Shown piece after piece: positions 17,191-20,000 of a stretch of DNA of 20,000 nucleotides; position 1 is the stretch's first letter; each line of letters starts with the position of its first letter. The translations under genes were made by a program, and so were the position numbers. The notes beneath the pieces are model-generated. The model was not told the origin of the DNA, made no database searches, and was given only the letters and a program-made list of their open reading frames with translations. This DNA comes from an uncultured virus (IMG/VR IMGVR_UViG_3300032116_000127) (lineage: Duplodnaviria; Heunggongvirae; Uroviricota; Caudoviricetes), in the IMG/VR virus record IMGVR_UViG_3300032116_000127, one strand, 5' to 3'.

Positions 17191-17928
17191 ATGGCATTGC
17201 CAATAAGTAGTACACCAACCTATACATTAACTGTTCCGTCTTCAAAGAAAGAATATAAGTATAAGCCATTTCTAGTAAAACAAGAAAAAGCTTTATTACT
17301 TGCTTTCCAATCTGAAGATGAGAAGACAATGATGAATACACTTAAAACAATTGTTGGTGAGTGTGTAGTCGGACTTGATACAAATGATTTAGCATTATTT
17401 GATTTAGAATACATCTTTTGTCAATTACGTGGTAAATCTGTTGGTGAAGAAGTAGAATTAATCGCTAAATGTGATACACCAGAGTGTAAAGATAATAAGG
17501 AAGCTAAGAGTATATTAAAGATTAATATAATGAATGTTCCTGTAATTACACCAGAAGGACATGAGAATAAAATATCTCTATTTAATGATGTAGGTGTTGT
17601 AATGAAATATCCATCATTAGATTTACTTTTAAAATTAAAATCATTAAAATTAACAGAGCAAAATAAACTAGATACAGAAGTTTTCTTTGATATTATAACT
17701 GATAGTATAGATTACATATATGATGGACAACAAATATATCATAGTAAAGAACAAACTAAAAAAGAACTAAGTGAATTTGTTAATAACTTAACAACAAGTC
17801 AATTTGGTAAAATACAAAAGTTTTTCGAAACTATGCCAAGGTTAAGTAAAGAAATAATCTGGACTTGTAAAGGGTGTAACAAAACGCATACAAGAAAGAT
17901 AGAGGGTTTAGCTAATTTTTTTTCATAA
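17191..17928 (+). CDS. gp26: baseplate hub assembly protein gp26-like (T4_baseplate family), probably Zn-binding
   Basis: MALP..PTYTLTVPS..YKPFLVKQEKALLLA, FDLEYIFCQLRGKSVGE, MKYPS, KFFETMPRL, Cys motifs CDTPEC and CKGC, C-terminal IEGLANFF. SD AAGGAG. Confidence 0.88.
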   Translation: MALPISSTPTYTLTVPSSKKEYKYKPFLVKQEKALLLAFQSEDEKTMMNTLKTIVGECVVGLDTNDLALFDLEYIFCQLRGKSVGEEVELIAKCDTPECKDNKEAKSILKINIMNVPVITPEGHENKISLFNDVGVVMKYPSLDLLLKLKSLKLTEQNKLDTEVFFDIITDSIDYIYDGQQIYHSKEQTKKELSEFVNNLTTSQFGKIQKFFETMPRLSKEIIWTCKGCNKTHTRKIEGLANFFS

Positions 17929-18113
17929 TGCTCAGCCATGAGTCGTTAGTCAATCATTATAAGACTAACTTCGCATTAATGCAATATCATAAATACTCTT
18001 TGACTGAGCTTGAAAATCAGATACCCTTTGAACGTGAAATATACGTTGAAATGTTAATTAAACATTTACAAGAAGAAAAACAAAAAGCAGAACAAAGAAG
18101 ATTACAAAAATAA
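17928..18113 (+). CDS. gp51: small baseplate hub assembly protein (annotated gp51 in cyanophage-type T4-like phages)
   Basis: SLVNHYKTNFALMQYHKYSLTELENQIPFEREIYVEMLIKHLQEE, the conserved short ORF that follows gp26. Confidence 0.82.
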   Translation: MLSHESLVNHYKTNFALMQYHKYSLTELENQIPFEREIYVEMLIKHLQEEKQKAEQRRLQK

Positions 18114-19688
18114 ATGGCACTCACAAACGTACTCGTACAACAATCTATCGCAAACGTAGGGCAACCGAAAGCACTCTTAGTTGATGCTAAGGGGCAACCA
18201 CTTATTGCAGATTCAAAAAACATTTCAAATAAACCAGTCGCAAACGAAGAGTCAGCGAGAGAAACTTCATTAAATATTCAAAAGATGGTAGATTTACTCG
18301 AAGTAATCGCTAAAGGTATGTCGAATAATAGTGGTCAAAAATTAGAAGAGAATAAACCAGAATCTTTAAATTTCGGTAATATGCTTGGTTTTTATGGCTC
18401 AATGATATTCTTTAAATTATTTGATGCTCTCTTCGCAGGTATTGCTGGTGCTGCAAAATTTATTTTCGCAAGAGTACTTCCATTCCTCGCAAAAGGTTTT
18501 ATAAAAATAGTTGCAGGATTCTTTGGATTCTTAGCAGGGATTCCAGGAGGAATTGCTGCAGCCATAATCGGAGGAATTACAGTAGGGATTGCTGGACTTG
18601 TTCGTGCGTTTAAAGATGCATTCGCAATGTATAAATCAGGTGGTAGTTTCTTTGATATCGTAGGTGCATTTGTAGAAGGATTTTATAAAGGTGCATTAAA
18701 TTTTGTATTTGGTGTAGTAGATTGGGTTGCGAATTTATTCGGTTTAGATTTACCTGACAATCTTGGCGATATAATTGTAAATGGAATTAAGTCATTCTTC
18801 GGTAAGATTGCTGATTATATATCTGAATTACCATCACGTCTTGGTAAAATGCTTACAGGGTTTTTAAATAACATTGGAATTCCAGAATTTAAAATTTTAG
18901 GAGTTTCGATTGGTCCTTTTTATCCTTTCAGAAAATCAAATGAGAATGCACCAATAGAGAATACAGTAGGTCCAGAGAAACCTATTCCTTCAAATATTTT
19001 ACCAAGATCAAATAATGTAGAAGGATTAAATTCTGATCGAACACTTGATTCTGATGGAATGCCAAGTAGAGCTCCAGTGACTCCAGTTTCACCATACATT
19101 AATAAAACAGTGACTGGTGAATCAGTTTCTCTTCCAAAAACTCCAATGACAGAAGAATCTGCAAAATCAATTCTGAATAAGAATGCTGGCATACAAGATG
19201 CAATGAACATTCGAATGAATGGATTAATGATGAGTGCTTCATCTTCGGGTAAAGAATTAACAGATTCAAATATTAATAAGGCTCTCTCTGAGATTGGTAC
19301 AAAAGAAGAAGTACAAGCATATCGTAAATTAAACGAAACTGTTATTGCATCAAATTTAAAATTTATTAACAAACAAGTAGTTTCTGGAAACAATCTTTCC
19401 AATTCTAATTCGCTTAGTTCTGCGAATACACTCTCTGGTATTTCGCCAACAGGAGTAAATAATATAATTAGTTCTGGAACACCGAGCGATGTTGGAAATC
19501 AAATAATGGCTTCTTCAGCTGAGACTGAGAATGCGAAGATTGCTGCGAGTTCAAATGTAATTATTAACGCACCAGTTTCGACTGTAAATGCTCCAAAAGA
19601 AAGTAATTTAATGACGTCAAGAAATGTTCGAAACGATGAGAATACTCTTTCGAAATATGTAGGTTCTCTCTATGGTTCAAACGTTTAG
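18114..19688 (+). CDS. putative tail tape-measure / membrane-interacting protein (gp29 analogue)
   Basis: 524 aa directly after gp26-gp51. Long Gly/Ala/Phe-rich hydrophobic and amphipathic block (aa ~86-270) and a Ser/Asn-rich C-terminus (NVIINAPVSTVN). Call rests on position and composition only. Confidence 0.55.
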   Translation: MALTNVLVQQSIANVGQPKALLVDAKGQPLIADSKNISNKPVANEESARETSLNIQKMVDLLEVIAKGMSNNSGQKLEENKPESLNFGNMLGFYGSMIFFKLFDALFAGIAGAAKFIFARVLPFLAKGFIKIVAGFFGFLAGIPGGIAAAIIGGITVGIAGLVRAFKDAFAMYKSGGSFFDIVGAFVEGFYKGALNFVFGVVDWVANLFGLDLPDNLGDIIVNGIKSFFGKIADYISELPSRLGKMLTGFLNNIGIPEFKILGVSIGPFYPFRKSNENAPIENTVGPEKPIPSNILPRSNNVEGLNSDRTLDSDGMPSRAPVTPVSPYINKTVTGESVSLPKTPMTEESAKSILNKNAGIQDAMNIRMNGLMMSASSSGKELTDSNINKALSEIGTKEEVQAYRKLNETVIASNLKFINKQVVSGNNLSNSNSLSSANTLSGISPTGVNNIISSGTPSDVGNQIMASSAETENAKIAASSNVIINAPVSTVNAPKESNLMTSRNVRNDENTLSKYVGSLYGSNV

Positions 19689-20000
19689 TAATTATGTAAA
19701 GTCTTCGAATGAATATTCGAATGGTTGGCTCACAATCTTTGATATTGATGATACACTCTTTCGTACAACAGCAGTCATTCGAGTTCGTAATTCCATCACA
19801 AAAGAAACAATCCGTACATTAACAACTGCAGAATATGCTTCCTATACTTTAGGAGCAAATGAAATGTTTGATTATACTGAATTTAAAGATGCAGCGAAGT
19901 TCTATAAAGAATCTCAACCGATCGGAAGAATGATGCGACGTGCCAAATTGATATTAGCATCAGCGAAGAAATACGAAAACTCACGTGTAATTATATTAAC
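19672..20000 (+). CDS. HAD-superfamily hydrolase (truncated at the right edge)
   Basis: Not in the ORF track. From ATG 19672: MVQTFSNYVKSSNEYSNGWLTIFDIDDTLFRTTAVIRVRNS...FDYTEFKDAAKFYKESQPIGRM...SRVIILT. Shows HAD motif I (hhhDxDxT) and the start of motif II (hhhT). Overlaps the upstream stop by 17 nt. Confidence 0.8.
   Translation, partial: MVQTFSNYVKSSNEYSNGWLTIFDIDDTLFRTTAVIRVRNSITKETIRTLTTAEYASYTLGANEMFDYTEFKDAAKFYKESQPIGRMMRRAKLILASAKKYENSRVIIL

Noticed and set aside
15272..19402. Minus-strand ORFs 15272-15508, 16913-17113, 17220-17414, 18017-18223 and 18920-19402
   Set aside because: Antisense shadows of the plus-strand operon genes.
19709..19822. 37-codon ORF starting at ATG 19709
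   Set aside because: Out of frame within the better-supported HAD hydrolase gene.
18114..20000. Apparent rise in CG dinucleotides, suggesting a mosaic boundary
   Set aside because: By eye the enrichment is patchy (low in 18660-19440) and similar density occurs in the 5' part of gp8. Not convincing without computation.
1..20000. CRISPR arrays, tRNA genes, introns/inteins, diversity-generating retroelement repeats
   Set aside because: Coding density is nearly complete with gaps under 40 bp. No such repeats, RNA genes or intervening elements were seen by eye.

Overview
AT-rich fragment of a T4-like myovirus genome, with a cyanophage/pelagiphage-type virion module, covering the baseplate and tail-initiation genes. 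Two operons diverge from a 25-bp gap at 14755-14779. The minus-strand operon is gp48, gp53, gp27-like hub, gp5, PAAR (gp5.4), gp25, gp6, gp7, gp8 and a VrlC/DUF4815 protein that runs off the left edge. The plus-strand operon is gp4, gp2, gp54-like, gp16 small terminase, gp26, gp51, a tape-measure-like protein and a HAD hydrolase that runs off the right edge. Four observations stand out. (i) A T8 slippery run at the gp26/gp51 junction could fuse the two genes by -1 frameshifting just upstream of the tape-measure-like gene, like the lambda G/GT chaperone pair. (ii) The gp5 spike has an apparently inactive lysozyme domain split by a ~160-aa low-complexity insert, plus an intact C-terminal Zn peptidase M15 domain. 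(iii) A small terminase gene sits with no adjacent large terminase gene. (iv) The pentamer GTWAC is strongly avoided. All family assignments come from motif recognition and gene order, not database searches.
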